Below are positions 36,964-49,800 of a DNA stretch of 64,000 nucleotides, piece after piece. A model generated the notes under the pieces. The model searched no databases, was not told the origin of the DNA, and saw only the letters and a list, made by a program, of their open reading frames with translations. Origin of the DNA: Eledone cirrhosa (Eukaryota); contig OZ024742.1 in NCBI GenBank assembly GCA_964016885.1, positions 120,714,001 to 120,778,000 on the forward strand. Reading direction: 5' to 3'. The first letter of the stretch is position 1. Each line of letters starts with the position of its first letter. The position numbers and the translations under genes were made by a program.

Positions 36964-37244
36964 GTAAACTGTATTCCTCAATGTTTTATCAATAAAAAAT
37001 GGAAGTATATTCGGTACTAAATATAATTAGAGTGTGACTTTATTTCTGGAGAATTTATTTACAAATATTCCAGTTTCAAGGAATGGAATCTTGCCTAATT
37101 AGAACAAATACATGAAACCTATTTTTTTTTTTTTCTTCAGATCTTTCAATTTTTCCAAATATAACATGTTTTGACATAGTTTTGGTATGATTTTACTGGC
37201 TTGTTAAATGTTTGTATTGAATCATAACAATATAGTGTAGGTTG

Positions 37245-37303
37245 AGCTAGATACTCTTTCTAATACCAATCAAAGTAGTTGGTACTAGAAAGAGTATCTA
37301 GCT
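37245..37303. other. Near-perfect 25-bp-stem hairpin
   Basis: agctagatactctttctaataccaa / ttggtactagaaagagtatctagct, one mismatch, 9-nt loop. Confidence 0.8.
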
Positions 37304-37824
37304 GTAGAAACCATGCCAAAACTGACAGGAATGTATATGAAATGTGTCCCCTGTTCCATCTTAGAAAACAGTTGCTCTAATTAAGTATTTTTAACAGAGA
37401 TAATTGGATGTAATATTATGGTTATGCCCTTCTTATCACCAACAGAAGTTTGGTGAAAAGAGATACAAATGATCTGGAAAAACAAGAGAAGCTTGTCATG
37501 GGGTCCGTAAAGTCTAACCACTGCTTTAATAAGGATGATACAAATGATCTGGGAAAACTCAAGAAGCTTGTCATGGGGTCAACAAAGCTAACCACTGCTT
37601 TAATAAGGACGATGTGCATTGAACCAGTGGCCTCTGAGGGACGAGCTGCTAGAAAGGGCAGCCCAAAACCACTCAGAGAAGTGTGCTCAACCAAACAGAT
37701 GGATAGGAAAGACTGCTATAAGGAGCGAAATATCACGATAAATTAACGGAGCCATAGACCCTCGCCATTCCCTGTAAATAATGTGCTCAAAGGAGAAGAA
37801 ATCCTGAGCTCTTTAAAATACAAT

Positions 37825-38470
37825 ATGTTGAAAAGGTAACACACTAGAGAGATATACAGTGCGCTATCAATAAAACAGGGGAAAAACCACCAGTGTATGG
37901 AATCTATAACCTATGAAAGGCAGACTATAGACACGATAATTAAAAATATAAATTAAAGCGTAAATAAATACCTCTATAACTATATAACACACGTACAAAT
38001 CCAGAGAGATCTGTTTCGCCAGTAAGTTGTTGACAGAAATGGAATAACTCCGGTTCCTCAGCTTCAGACAACACTAAGAGAATTTTGGCGCTAAACTTTT
38101 CCTTTTGAAAGAAAAATGGCGCCAAACTTTTCCTTTTGAAAGAATAATGTTGAAAAGGTAACACACTAGAGAGAGATATACAGTGCACTATCAATAAAAC
38201 AGGGAAAAAACCACCAGTGTATGGAATCTATAACCTATGAAAGGCAGACTATAGACACGATAATTAAAAATATAAATTAAAGCGTAAATAAATACCTCTA
38301 TAACTATATAACACACGTACAATTCCAAAGAGATCTGTTTCGCCAGTAAGTTGTTGACAGAAATGGAATAACTCCGGCTCCTCAGCTTCAGACAACACTA
38401 AGAGAATTTTGGCGCTAAACTTTTCCTTTTGAAAGAAAAATGGCGCCAAACTTTTCCTTTTGAAAGAATA
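37825..38470 (-). repeat. ~323-bp tandem dimer, each unit with a hammerhead-like motif (PLE pseudo-LTR / retrozyme-like)
   Basis: Units start with atgttgaaaaggtaacacac at 37825 and 38147. The minus strand has CTGAGGA-GCCGG...CTGGC-GAAAC at 38324-38392 and a variant at 38000-38068. Confidence 0.7.
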
Positions 38471-38734
38471 ATGTGATTTGTCACGTGATATTACCTCTAA
38501 ATATGTGAATACGTACACAGCATTCTCCTCACGAAGGGCGAGAGTGTGATCGCAAACATATATACATATACACCACACACACATATATATTTATATATAT
38601 ATATATATATATAGACACGCAGACACACACACACATACAATAACGACCAGTACTACGATTCTGGAGGAGCGAATGATGGAGAAGATGAAGCTCTCTGCCG
38701 CAGAAATAATGGTATTTAATTTGAATAATAATAC

Positions 38735-38856
<122 letters not shown>

Positions 38857-39198
38857 ATAGAAAGACGAGAAAAAAACGAGACCCTTAGAAACGAATAAGA
38901 GTCATCAAAGCGATCATATGTATTGCTTTAAACTGTAATGCGAAGGGATACACTAGTATTTGAGGTACCATCATTTGGGATTTTAACCCTCGGACTTTTC
39001 CCTCCCGGTTTTGAAATTTAGAGGTGACTGGGAATATTACATAATGTAGGGATTTTTTTTTTCCTTTTCTATCATTTCTTATTTATGTATTTATATATTT
39101 ATTTATCTACTCTCGTGATTGATATTCCGACAAATGTTAGGGGTGTATTTTGGTTTTTTATTATGTCAGGTATAGCATCCCAAAATGTCTCCCTTCCC

Positions 39199-39244
<46 letters not shown>

Positions 39245-39248
39245 AACA

Positions 39249-39325
39249 CAGTGTCCCAAAAAATGTATGCACACTTCAACAGCAAAGTAATCAAAGTTTG
39301 TATATATTTTGGAGGGGACACCGTG
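39249..39325. mobile_element. Tiny Tc1/mariner-like MITE
   Basis: TIR-like cagtgtccc..aaaatgtat / atatattttggaggggacaccg. Same family as 51714-51815. Confidence 0.55.
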
Positions 39326-39670
39326 TGTGTATATATATGTGTGTGTGTGTGTGTATGTGTAACTAGTAAAACTGTAAAAGCGTAGCGGTATATTCTAATT
39401 TGGCCCTTTTAAGGGCCACCTATATTTTCATTTAAGTAACTCCACTTACGCGTGGTAGTAATACGGAAATAAACGATGTTTTGCTTTCATCGGCTGCTTC
39501 GACTGACAGCTAATAGCGTTGTAGTGCCGGGATAGTTAGAAGAATAACCAGTTATTCAACCTGGCTGTAGTTGTGGCATTACTGTCGGAGATAGTATTTA
39601 TCTTAAATTTATTAAATAGTCTCCCACGCCAAAATATGCGACTGACCGCGTTGACTGATATGTATGTATG

Positions 39671-42660
39671 TTATCTCTTTCTCTTAATTTCGAGTATATT
39701 TTTTTGACCGGCCACCTTCCTGATGGCAAGGTTGTAAAAGAAAAGAAATTGTCATTCCTTGAATCGCAAGAATGTTTTGCAAATTTTTAAGGTGCCAGCT
39801 GTCGCAGCCATTTGTAGACTATGAATTAGGGAACTGCGCTCTTTGTCCGCAAATCCAAGTTCAGTCATACTTTGGTCCAAGCGGGTTGGTATATAACCCG
39901 TAGCTCCAATAATTGTTTCTACTTTTGGCACAAGGCCAGTAATTATCCCAGTGCATTACTGGTACTTTATTTTATCGACCCCGTAAGGATGAAAGGCAAA
40001 GTTAACCTCGGCGGGATTTGAACTCAGATCATAAAGGGGCGTAACTCTATACGTGAAAGCATGGCGTCCGACCCTCTACCGATACTGCCAATCGACCACC
40101 CGTAGCTCCAATAATGATGGGTATGAAGCTAAAGGTGTATCTTGGATACTGGATTTGTAAACTGCTCATCAATGGTCCGTAGATGTCCTCCTTCTCCTGT
40201 ATTTTTCTTACAACGTTTACATCAAGTGGGCAGCTGATCTCCACAACAGAACACGTTTTCAATGTGTGGTCCCAAACAACAATATCAGGTCGGTTGTGCT
40301 TTAATTTGGTGACAGTTTTTATTTTCAGGTTCCACCAGTATTCCTTAGTGCCATCTGTCTCAATATATTCTTCCTCGTTTGTTGTTAATTTTGTTTTCAG
40401 AAGTGCGCTCCAGATGGTTCTAGCTATCCCATCGTGTCTCATGGGGAGGTAGTAGCGAGATGACATTCTTTCGCAGCTGGCAACAATGTGGCTTACATCC
40501 TCGACCTTTGTTTTACATAGCCTACATTTATTGTCAGCTGCTGGCCCTCCTCTTTTGTGCAGCAGATATTTGGTAGGGAGTTCTTGTTCCTGTATTGCAT
40601 AGAGATATCCCTCAAGGTGTGATGTCATAAACCTGTCGGAACTCCATGCCCGGCTTTTTGAGTGGTTTATCCCCTCTATGGTCTGTGTTTTACATCTCAA
40701 GTATCCATGCACAACTTTTTCTGTAAATTTGTCAATTTTTTCATCTTGTTTTAACATTGAATAGGATCTTCCGATTTCTCTGGGTGAGAGATTTATATCA
40801 GGCTTTATTCCATATCTCTCCTCCAGATCAGTCGCTATTCTAATTATATTTTTTTCTTCCATGCTCATAAACCTGGACAAGATGGTTACCAACCTTTTTC
40901 CTCTGTTGCAGGTGTTGCTTCAGTGTTACTATCCGGGTCTCATATGATGTTAATATGGATTTTAGACCCCGGCCACCTTCCTTGCATGAGAAGTATAGCC
41001 TATCCACATCACCATTGATGTTAAAGTTCCCAGTAACACTGAGAAGTTTGCGAGTTCTAACATCCATCTCACTTAGTTCTTGCAATGACCAGTTCAGCAG
41101 GCCAAATGTTGGCGTTAGAATTGGCACAGCATAAGTATTGTGGGCAATGTATTTGTTGTACGCTGACAATTCTGATGACCATATTTTCTTTATTCTTCTG
41201 AGGTATTCAGTTCTGGTTCTCTCCTTATTTATGGATCCATCATATCTGACATTCTCCTCCTGTCCAAGATATCTGTAGTTGTCACCTGACTGTAGAGGTT
41301 GTATTGTCAGGCCGTTCATCTCTAGATTTCTAGAGGAGGGCACAGCTCTTCCATGTTTTACTGCCAAATATGCACACTTGGACTCACCAAATTTCATTTT
41401 GATGTCTGTTGAAAATTGTGTAATGAGGTCCAATTGTTTCTTGATGTCATTGATATGTGGCCCATACAACTTCAGGTCATCAACAAAGAAAAGATGGGAG
41501 ATACTTCTGGACCCACTTCTTTGTCCACCTTGTTTCCTGAGTAGGTAAGATAGTGGGTTTAGTTAGAGAACGAAGAGTAGCATTGACAAGCTATCACCCT
41601 GAAAGATGCCCTTCTGGTAATGTATCTTATCAGTCTTAACTTGCTCCTTCTCACCTCTAAGGATCAAATTGGTGTACCAGTTCTTGGTCAGACGTTCAAC
41701 AGCAGCTACCAGTGGTTGTGGGATATTGGCTAACTGTAAAGCCTTAACAATCCACCCATGAGGTACACTATCAAATGCTTTTTGATAGTCCAGCCACACC
41801 ACAGTCATGTTTCTGCGATTCTTTGTTGTTTTTTCTTGAATCATTTTATTAATTAGTAGATGATCTATGCAACCCCACACCTCCCTCTTTCCACCAGCTT
41901 GCTCAGGTGTTATGATGTTGTTGGTAGCACAGTGATCCTGTAAGAACAGGTTAAGGCACCCAGTATATAATTTATACATGATGTTTTGGCAGGCTATTGG
42001 GCGGTAATTTTTAGCAAGGGTGGTTTGGCTATTTTGGGGAATGAGGAGAGTAGTGGCAGTTGATAACCATCTGGGCAGTTCTTGTGTGCCTTTAATGGTT
42101 TCTGTAAACAGCTGTATGAGATCTTGCCGATAGAAAGTGAAATTCTTCAACCAGTATCCTGTAATGAGGTCTGGGCCTGGTGATTTCCTATTTGACATTT
42201 TCTGTAGAGCTGTTTGACCCATCTATGTCATATTGTTTTGTCTGGTCATGTTAGCAATAGTCCTGTTCCAGTTTTTTTAGCCAATTAGTTTGTCTGTTGA
42301 ATCCGTCATCCGTTTCCCATACAGATCTCCAGTAGTTCTCAACCTGTTCTTTTGAAGGGGTGTCATTTACAGAGATTGAGCTTTTGCCACCGAAGCTGCA
42401 ATAAACTGATTTAGGATCTCTGGCAAACAATCTATTTAGCACTTGTCGTTTATGTGCTGTTGACTTATATTTTAGTCTTTCTGTTGTAGCTGTGAGTTGT
42501 TTCAACTGGTGTAATTTGGAGTTTAAAGTTTTAAATTTTGTATCTCCAAATCGTCTCTCTAATTTTTTTTTTTACGTCTTCCTGGTGTCGTGTGAAGTTG
42601 CTCTCTATGTTGCATTTCATAATGACTGCGATGTGTGAGATATTTCGTCTCAGGGACAAA
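39671..42660 (-). mobile_element. R4/Dong-like retrotransposon, copy 2 (near-identical to 13325-16110), interrupted by a SINE
   Basis: ORFs 42251-42505, 41563-42222, 40840-41469 and 40047-40892 carry the same motifs. (TATG)n at both ends. Confidence 0.92.
39914..40097 (-). mobile_element. tRNA-derived SINE with 18-bp TSD inserted in the R4 endonuclease region
   Basis: TSD acccgtagctccaataat at 39896-39913 and 40098-40115. A single empty copy is at 13551-13568. A box TGGCAGTATCGG and B box GAGTTCAAATCC on the minus strand. Confidence 0.92.
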
Positions 42661-42784
42661 ATGTGTATGTATGTATGTTTAAATGTATGTATGTACGTAT
42701 GTATGTATGTGTGTGTGCATGTATGTATGTTTGTATGTATGTATGTGTGCATGTATGATTGTATGTATGCATATGTATGTATTG

Positions 42785-43012
42785 GGTAAATGCATTTGAT
42801 GTTCACAGAGTGGGATTGGCTCCTGCAAAGCCTTTCTTCACTTAAAAAAGCTTCAAGCACCGGCATCGCTTGAAATGTGACATTCTTTGCAATGCATGGC
42901 ATTGTTAGCCATAGGCAAGTCCCTAGCAGGACTAAAAAGCCACGTCCATGATGCTCATGCTTAAGTATTAAGCGATGGCATTACTCGAAATCAAGTTGCA
43001 GCCATCATCATC
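42785..43012 (+). mobile_element. RTE (BovB-like) 3' end fragment in a (TATG)n tract
   Basis: KSLAGLKSHVHDAHA* is a C2H2-type C-terminus. The 3' UTR tggc..tactcgaaa...gcagcca is shared with the element at 59035-59583. Confidence 0.6.
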
Positions 43013-43015
43013 ATG

Positions 43016-43046
<31 letters not shown>

Positions 43047-43839
43047 GTATGTATGTAAGTATGTTTGTATGTTTATATGCATGTATGTTTGTATGTATGT
43101 ATATATGTATGTATATTTATATGTATGTATATATGTATGTATATTTATATGTATGTAAGTATGTATGTATGTTTATATGCATGTATGTTTGTATAGTTGT
43201 ATATATGTAATGTCTAAGAATGACAGCATGAAACAGCCAATGAAAAGCTGTCATATTTGTTCATTCACTTGTACTGCCTTTCTGATGTACAAAACCTTAA
43301 GTAGATGTTGCATCCTAGTTCCAGAATGATCATTAAGGGTATATACTAACTGGCTGATTCTTAGAAATCCTTTTAATGTGAGATTGAAAAAATTTCTAAA
43401 AATAAAGCGACATGGATGCGGTAATAATTATGATGTATAAAGACAGTAGACAAATTAAAATTAAATGGAATTTACAATTCTTCAACATTTTTATATTAAA
43501 GAACAAATGGGAAAACTCATATAAAAGGAAATAACATTGAATAGTGAAAGTAAAGGGAAAGGGGGGGGGGGCAGACTCTCCACCTGATTCTAGATGGAAT
43601 ATTCCAATTGCAGACCACAGACAAAAATGGTGACAGTATTGATGTGGAGAACAACCAGTGACATCCACTGCATCAGCCATTCCAGTTCACATGACTCCTT
43701 TCTTAGATGGGATGCACTACTACCAATTTTGCAGAAGAAAATTGCAGTTCAGAGATGAAAAACACCAGAGGTCTTGATGGCAACCTGCACAGAAAGGAAG
43801 CAGTTGATCAAGTCCCAGTATTTAACTATCTTCTTCTGT

Positions 43840-44030
43840 ATTGCAGGTTTGTCCCAGAATTGAGGAGGCATTACCTTGGAGGATAGCAAGGGAGGTGTAT
43901 TGAAACAACCATTTTTTGCTGGTAGCAATGTGTAAGGAGGGGGTTTGAGGTCCCAGGATGCTAGAAGTTTCCACCACTAAAAGTTCAGTGAAAAACCTAT
44001 CGGAAAATGGCCAGTACTTCAACACCTTGT
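43840..44030 (-). mobile_element. CRE-like non-LTR retrotransposon endonuclease C-terminal remnant
   Basis: ORF 43822-44025: KY....RF....VVETSSILGP....LAILQGNASSILG resembles the CRE/RLE terminus (AVETxGxxGP...AIQRGNAxxILG). Confidence 0.55.
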
Positions 44031-44598
44031 CTGTTGCTTATTAATAATTTTAATTGAATATTTATGGTTGATGGATCACATTAATGTTATTCATGATTCC
44101 TTAGGGTGTAGTATACTCCATTAAATCTCAATATTTTAGTTATGCCACAGATTTTCTAGCATTCAAGCTTAGCATTGCAGCAAATATAATCTCTAAAAAT
44201 TCTTTTTCTTATTCTCCTGAACTTATGTATTCATGAGGCTGTTATTTGTAACCAATAATCATAATTGAAACAACATAAACCCACATATATGTTTGAAACA
44301 TTATATAACTAACGGTATCTTATAAGATCAATATAGCCTGATAATGTTTTGTATTACATCGTATTACAACAAGAAACATAATTTATAGCCAAGCAAAAAT
44401 GATTTCCATTCACAGTAATTAAAAGTATAGAATCACAAGTAGATGATATATGTTATGAATGTGACTTAATGAATATATATAACCAGATTAGTGGCTTCTT
44501 TTTACTGTACTAACTCACACACAGCATCACATTATCATCATCATCATCATCACATCATCATCATCATCATCATCATACTATCATACCATCATCATCTA

Positions 44599-44675
<77 letters not shown>

Positions 44676-45471
44676 TTCATGCTGTTGGCTGGAACACTGT
44701 AGGAGAGTAAAATAGTATATTTCATCATCATTTCATAAATATATGTGTGTTTTTTTGTTTGTGTTTGTTTGTGTTTGTGTTTGTGTTTGTTTGTGTTTGT
44801 TTGTGTTTGTATGTGGGGGGGGGTATGGGAAACAAAATTGTTTTGATATTGGAATTAATAGCCTTGGGGACTGAAATCTAGTCTCAGAAATTTTAGTAAT
44901 AATTATCAACATTGAAGTAGAAGAGGCATTATTCATTCAAGCAGGAAATTTTAGATGCTTTAAATGTAGACTAATTGCACAGATTATAGTAATGCAGTGT
45001 TTCATTGACATAAAACTTTGGATAATATAAGATCGATGTGTTCTTTGAAGAACATGAAATTATTTACTAATACAGCAAAGTCAAAGTAGATAATAGGTGT
45101 TGACAGTGAGATTGGTGCAGATGAAATATAGAGCTGCTTGAGTAATTGGATGTGTGACTTGCAGCTGACAAAGTCAAAAAGGTGTTCTTGGCTTTGTGTG
45201 TTTAACATTTCATATCTCAAGACAACAAGACAGCCTCTTCGTGACTGGTTGACCTGCTAGAAATAGCAATCAAGTATCCCTCAAATCACAGCCTACCATC
45301 TTGAAAATAGAGACATTAGATAATATAGCCTACACCAGGACTGAGCTGAGAGCAGACTACTTCAATCACAACAGTGAACTTACCTTTTATGGCTGCAATC
45401 AAGATCTCACACAACTTGCATACATTTGATGTGGTTTATATCTTAGGTAAATGAAAGGAAGACCACACAAC

Positions 45472-45631
<160 letters not shown>

Positions 45632-46314
45632 CAAATCAACTGACTTATCACACATATCAACAAAGAATCTTCTATATAAGTTGTTCAACCTTCTGGCAGC
45701 TAGGTTTCCTTCAAGACCACTCTACCATCTTACAACAGAGGGAAGTGTTGATTAATGTAGACCTACAAAATATTGGAATGAGCCAGGCTAGAACACCTTT
45801 CATCATAGGTCTACTCTATCTTATTAGTTATTGGCAATACACAGACTAAATAGACAAGCCCTATATGGAAACATGGATGTTATAAAAAATATCTATAAAA
45901 GTGATATAATAGTGAAAGTTCAGTTTTTCATCATCATCATCACCGTCTAGCGTCTACTTTTCTACACTGGCATGGGTTAGACGAGTTATCCTGTTGTGAG
46001 CAATGCCAGGTCAGGTGATCATGTCATACTCATACAGAACCGATTTTGGCTTGGTTTCTACAGCTGGATGCCATTTCTAGCACCAACCTCATTTACAGTG
46101 AGTATTGGGTGCTTTTTATCATGACATCTACACAACCGTTATATATTACTGAATTTAACTAGTATCATATTAATCCAGATTTTATATTTCAAATAATTTT
46201 TTGGATTACTTTTTGATTGAATGGAGAATATCTGTTTCTACAAAGTCTGTTTGTAGACAGTGTTTACATGAAGTAGAATTCTAATCTATATAATAATTGT
46301 GTCAACATCATATT

Positions 46315-49300
46315 CATCATCATCATCATCATCATCGTTTAACGTCCATCTTCCACGCTTGCATGGGTTTGGACGGGAGTTTTCCCACTTGAGGCAAGAT
46401 TGGTTGTCTTGCTCGTATAGGACTGTCTGGCAGGTTTTCTACAGCTGGATGCCCTTCCTAACACCAACCACGTTTAGAGTGTGGACTGGGAGGTTTTTAC
46501 CATGTTACCTACACGGCCACATTACAGCGTGGACTGTGTGTTTTTTTTGTCGTGACACCTACACGACCTCATTTGTTTCGGACTGGATGTTGTCGTACCA
46601 ATATAACTTCACATTTAAGGGGGTGGTGTGGATGGGGTGGGGGTAGTGGGATGGGGGTGTATTTTTGTTAGAGGTGCCTACTGACTGTAGGTTTCACTTT
46701 GTACTTAGGCAAGGCGGGTCTTCTGTATTACTGTGTAGCGCCAAAGATCTCGGTCCAGTGACATTGTCTTGGAGAGGTGTAAGTGTGTGAGGTCGGAATT
46801 TATCAGGTCATCCCAGGTTTTTCTGGGTCTGCCTACTCCGTGGCTACCATCTATTTTTATCGCCCTGCATTTTTTTATACAGCTGTCGTCTTTCATACGC
46901 ATCACGTGACCGTACCAACATAGTCTTCTCTCAAGTAAACATCTTATCCCTCTTATTCCTAATTTCTCCCTTAGTTCGTTTATGCTTTGCTATTCATGTA
47001 TATTACTATTACACATCCAGCGGAGCATGCAAGCTTCGTTTCTCTCCAGTCTGCGTATATCCTCTGCACACAATGCCCAAGTGTCACTGCCATGTAACAT
47101 TGCTGTTCGTATGCAGGCATCATACAGCCTACCTTTCATTTTTAGAGAGAACCCTTTAGCGGCCAATAGTGGTATAAGCTCTCTGAACTTTTTCCATCCC
47201 GTTCTGACTCTAGCTACTGTACTTTCAGAGCACCCTCCCCCACTGCTGATTTTGTCACCCAGGTATTTCTATAGAACCATCTGTGCAATGGAATGAGCTA
47301 GTATTCTGTGGGCACTTGCTGTTACTTATTGCACCAGAGCACCGGCTACATATAAAATCTATATTCTTAGTTAGCTTACCTGTGATCACACTACATCTTT
47401 TATGCACCCATACTTTGCATTTGGGACATAAAATGGAGTTTCTGCCTACTCCTTTCCTACACACTGAGCATGGCCATTTCCCAGATGGGACCAATGCCCT
47501 ATTTTCCTTCCTACAAACTAGAACTTTAGTCTTAGACAAGTTAACTTTAAGGCCTTTTGATTCTAGGCCATGCTTCCATGTTTGGAATTTCTTCTCTAGT
47601 TCAGCCATTGATTCAGCTATGAGCGTTAGATCATCTGCATATAGGAGTTCCCATGGGCAGCCGGTCTTGAACTCCAAGTCAACAAAAGCTAAGTATAGGG
47701 GTTTACTTTTAGCTAGGTACTTCTGTAGTTGTCGTACAATGAAAAGAGCATCTGTGGTACTTTTACCTGACACAAACCCGAACTGCATTTCATCTAGATC
47801 AATTCGCTCTCTGATTAGTTGCGCTATTACTTTTTCTGTGACCTTCATGACCTGGTCGATTAATTTAATGCCTCTATAGTTACCCTTATCTAGGACATCT
47901 CCTTTACCCTTGTAGCAGTTAATGATGATGATGCTACGCCAGTCCTTCGGAATGACCCCCATTCTGTATGACTTGGTTTACTATCCGGGTGACCATAGTG
48001 TGTCCCACCGTTCCAGATGCTTTCAGCATTTCAGCAACTATTTCCGAAAGCCCAGCCGCCTTACCCGTCTTCATATCTTTGATTGCCTTACTTATTATAC
48101 TGCCTTCAACTAGCACTGCTGGTCCTTCTATTCGATCGATGTGGGGGAGACTGTCTTTCTCCCATTTATTCTCCTCATTTAGTAGCCTTTCGTAGTGACA
48201 CTTCCAAGCTACCTTCTTATCAGCATCAGTGATGGCAAGTACACCATCATCATTAAGGACACACTTCTCCCCGACAATATCACGGTTTTCCTTGACACAT
48301 TGCCTAGCAATCCTGAACACCTCACGTTTTTGGTCCTCGCGTTGTAGAACATGCTTGAACTTTCTTTCCTCTGCTTCCCTTCTTGCGAAGTACACTTGTC
48401 TCCTAGCTTCCCTCCTGGCCACTTGATAGTCTTCTCTACTTCCCCCATCCTGCCATACTTTTCAAGCCTGCTTTTTGGCCTTAATTGACTCCTCCACGTT
48501 ACTGTTCCACCACCACGTTACTCTCCTCCTGCCTATAAGCCTGCTCCAGCCACAGACTCCATCTGCCGCCTTCAGCAGGTTAGCTTTCAGGAATTCCCAC
48601 TGTTCCTCTATATTGTACGATTCTAATTGCTCTTCCTTACTGTCGAAAGCATCAAGTAATATGCTTTTAAATTTATTACTGGCTGTGGGGTCCTTTAGCT
48701 TCCATATTTTTCTCCTGAGGATAGTTCTCCTTTGTTGTCGAGTACATCTTGTCCTCTATTTACGTCTATTATCATGTTAGCAGAAAAATGGGTAGATAAG
48801 ATAATAGACGTAAATAGAGTGAACGACAGAATAATTAAAATAAGACTTGTCCTAAATAGAACTACTATGACAGTAATATCTGCATATGCACCCCAATCCA
48901 GACTGCCTGGCATTATAAAAGACAGATTCTGAGTCGTTAATGCTCACTACCTCCCAAATAACCGACAGTGACTACATAATTATTGCTGGCGACCTAAATG
49001 GTGACATTGGACAACATTGTGACGGCTATGACGGAATCCATGGAGGCTATGGGTTTGGTACTAGAAATGAGGAAGGCTCCAGAATCCTGGAATTCTGTGA
49101 CGCAAATAACCTAACTATCTGTAACACTAACTTCAAAAAACGAGACAATCACTTGATCACCTATAGATCAGGGGAACACGCCAGTCAGGTAGATTATATC
49201 CTTACCAGAAGACGTGATAGAGTGTCTGTTGTCAACACTAAATCCCTCCCCCATGAAGAATGCACCTCCCAACATAGACTCATAGTCAGCGACCTCATAG

Positions 49301-49800
49301 TCAGGACAAGACGTACTCGACAACAGCCCATTGTCATTTCCCACCCAGAAAAGCTTATAGCATCGTTTTTTACCAACAATGAATCTAGCAGACCCACCCC
49401 TCCACTTGGTCTCTTGGATACAGCAAACATCAATCTCCTTACGTTCAAGCATTTCTACAACCTCATTAGAGCGACCTTTTAAGGTGCCTACATTCATGGT
49501 ACCAACTCTGAAGTTTTGGATTGCGTTTGGTGGTTGGGAACAGTGGGGCGCGGGGAGGGGTGAGGGGGATGGGGTTGGGGTTATGTTGGCCACCTGCGGC
49601 CGAAACAAAGAGGAGGAGTCCTTGCCTTTTTGTCCGGCAGCATGAGGTAAATTTGTCTTTATCTTTGGCATTGTCACTGAGTGTCCAGATTTTTCAGACT
49701 CTCCAGAATTCCTTAGTCCATCCATCATATCGAAAAGCAACCAGGAGAAGTGATAGCATACTTATGATTGGTCCAAATAATAATGGTGGTGAGTGAGGGC
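46315..49800 (-). mobile_element. Near full-length RTE LINE (APE endonuclease + RT with PHD-like finger), with internal inversion and RT deletion
   Basis: Minus strand: VGTMNVGTL..CIQETKW (49326-49520), NYRGIKL, QFGF, LYADDL, WPCSVC..CPKC..HKRC..CSRC, GRPRKTW, (GAT)n tail. Plus strand 48771-49325: SAYAPQ, AGDLNG, NTNFKK, QVDYIL, SQHRL. The RT is deleted between FVDLE and FKTGCPW. Confidence 0.92.
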
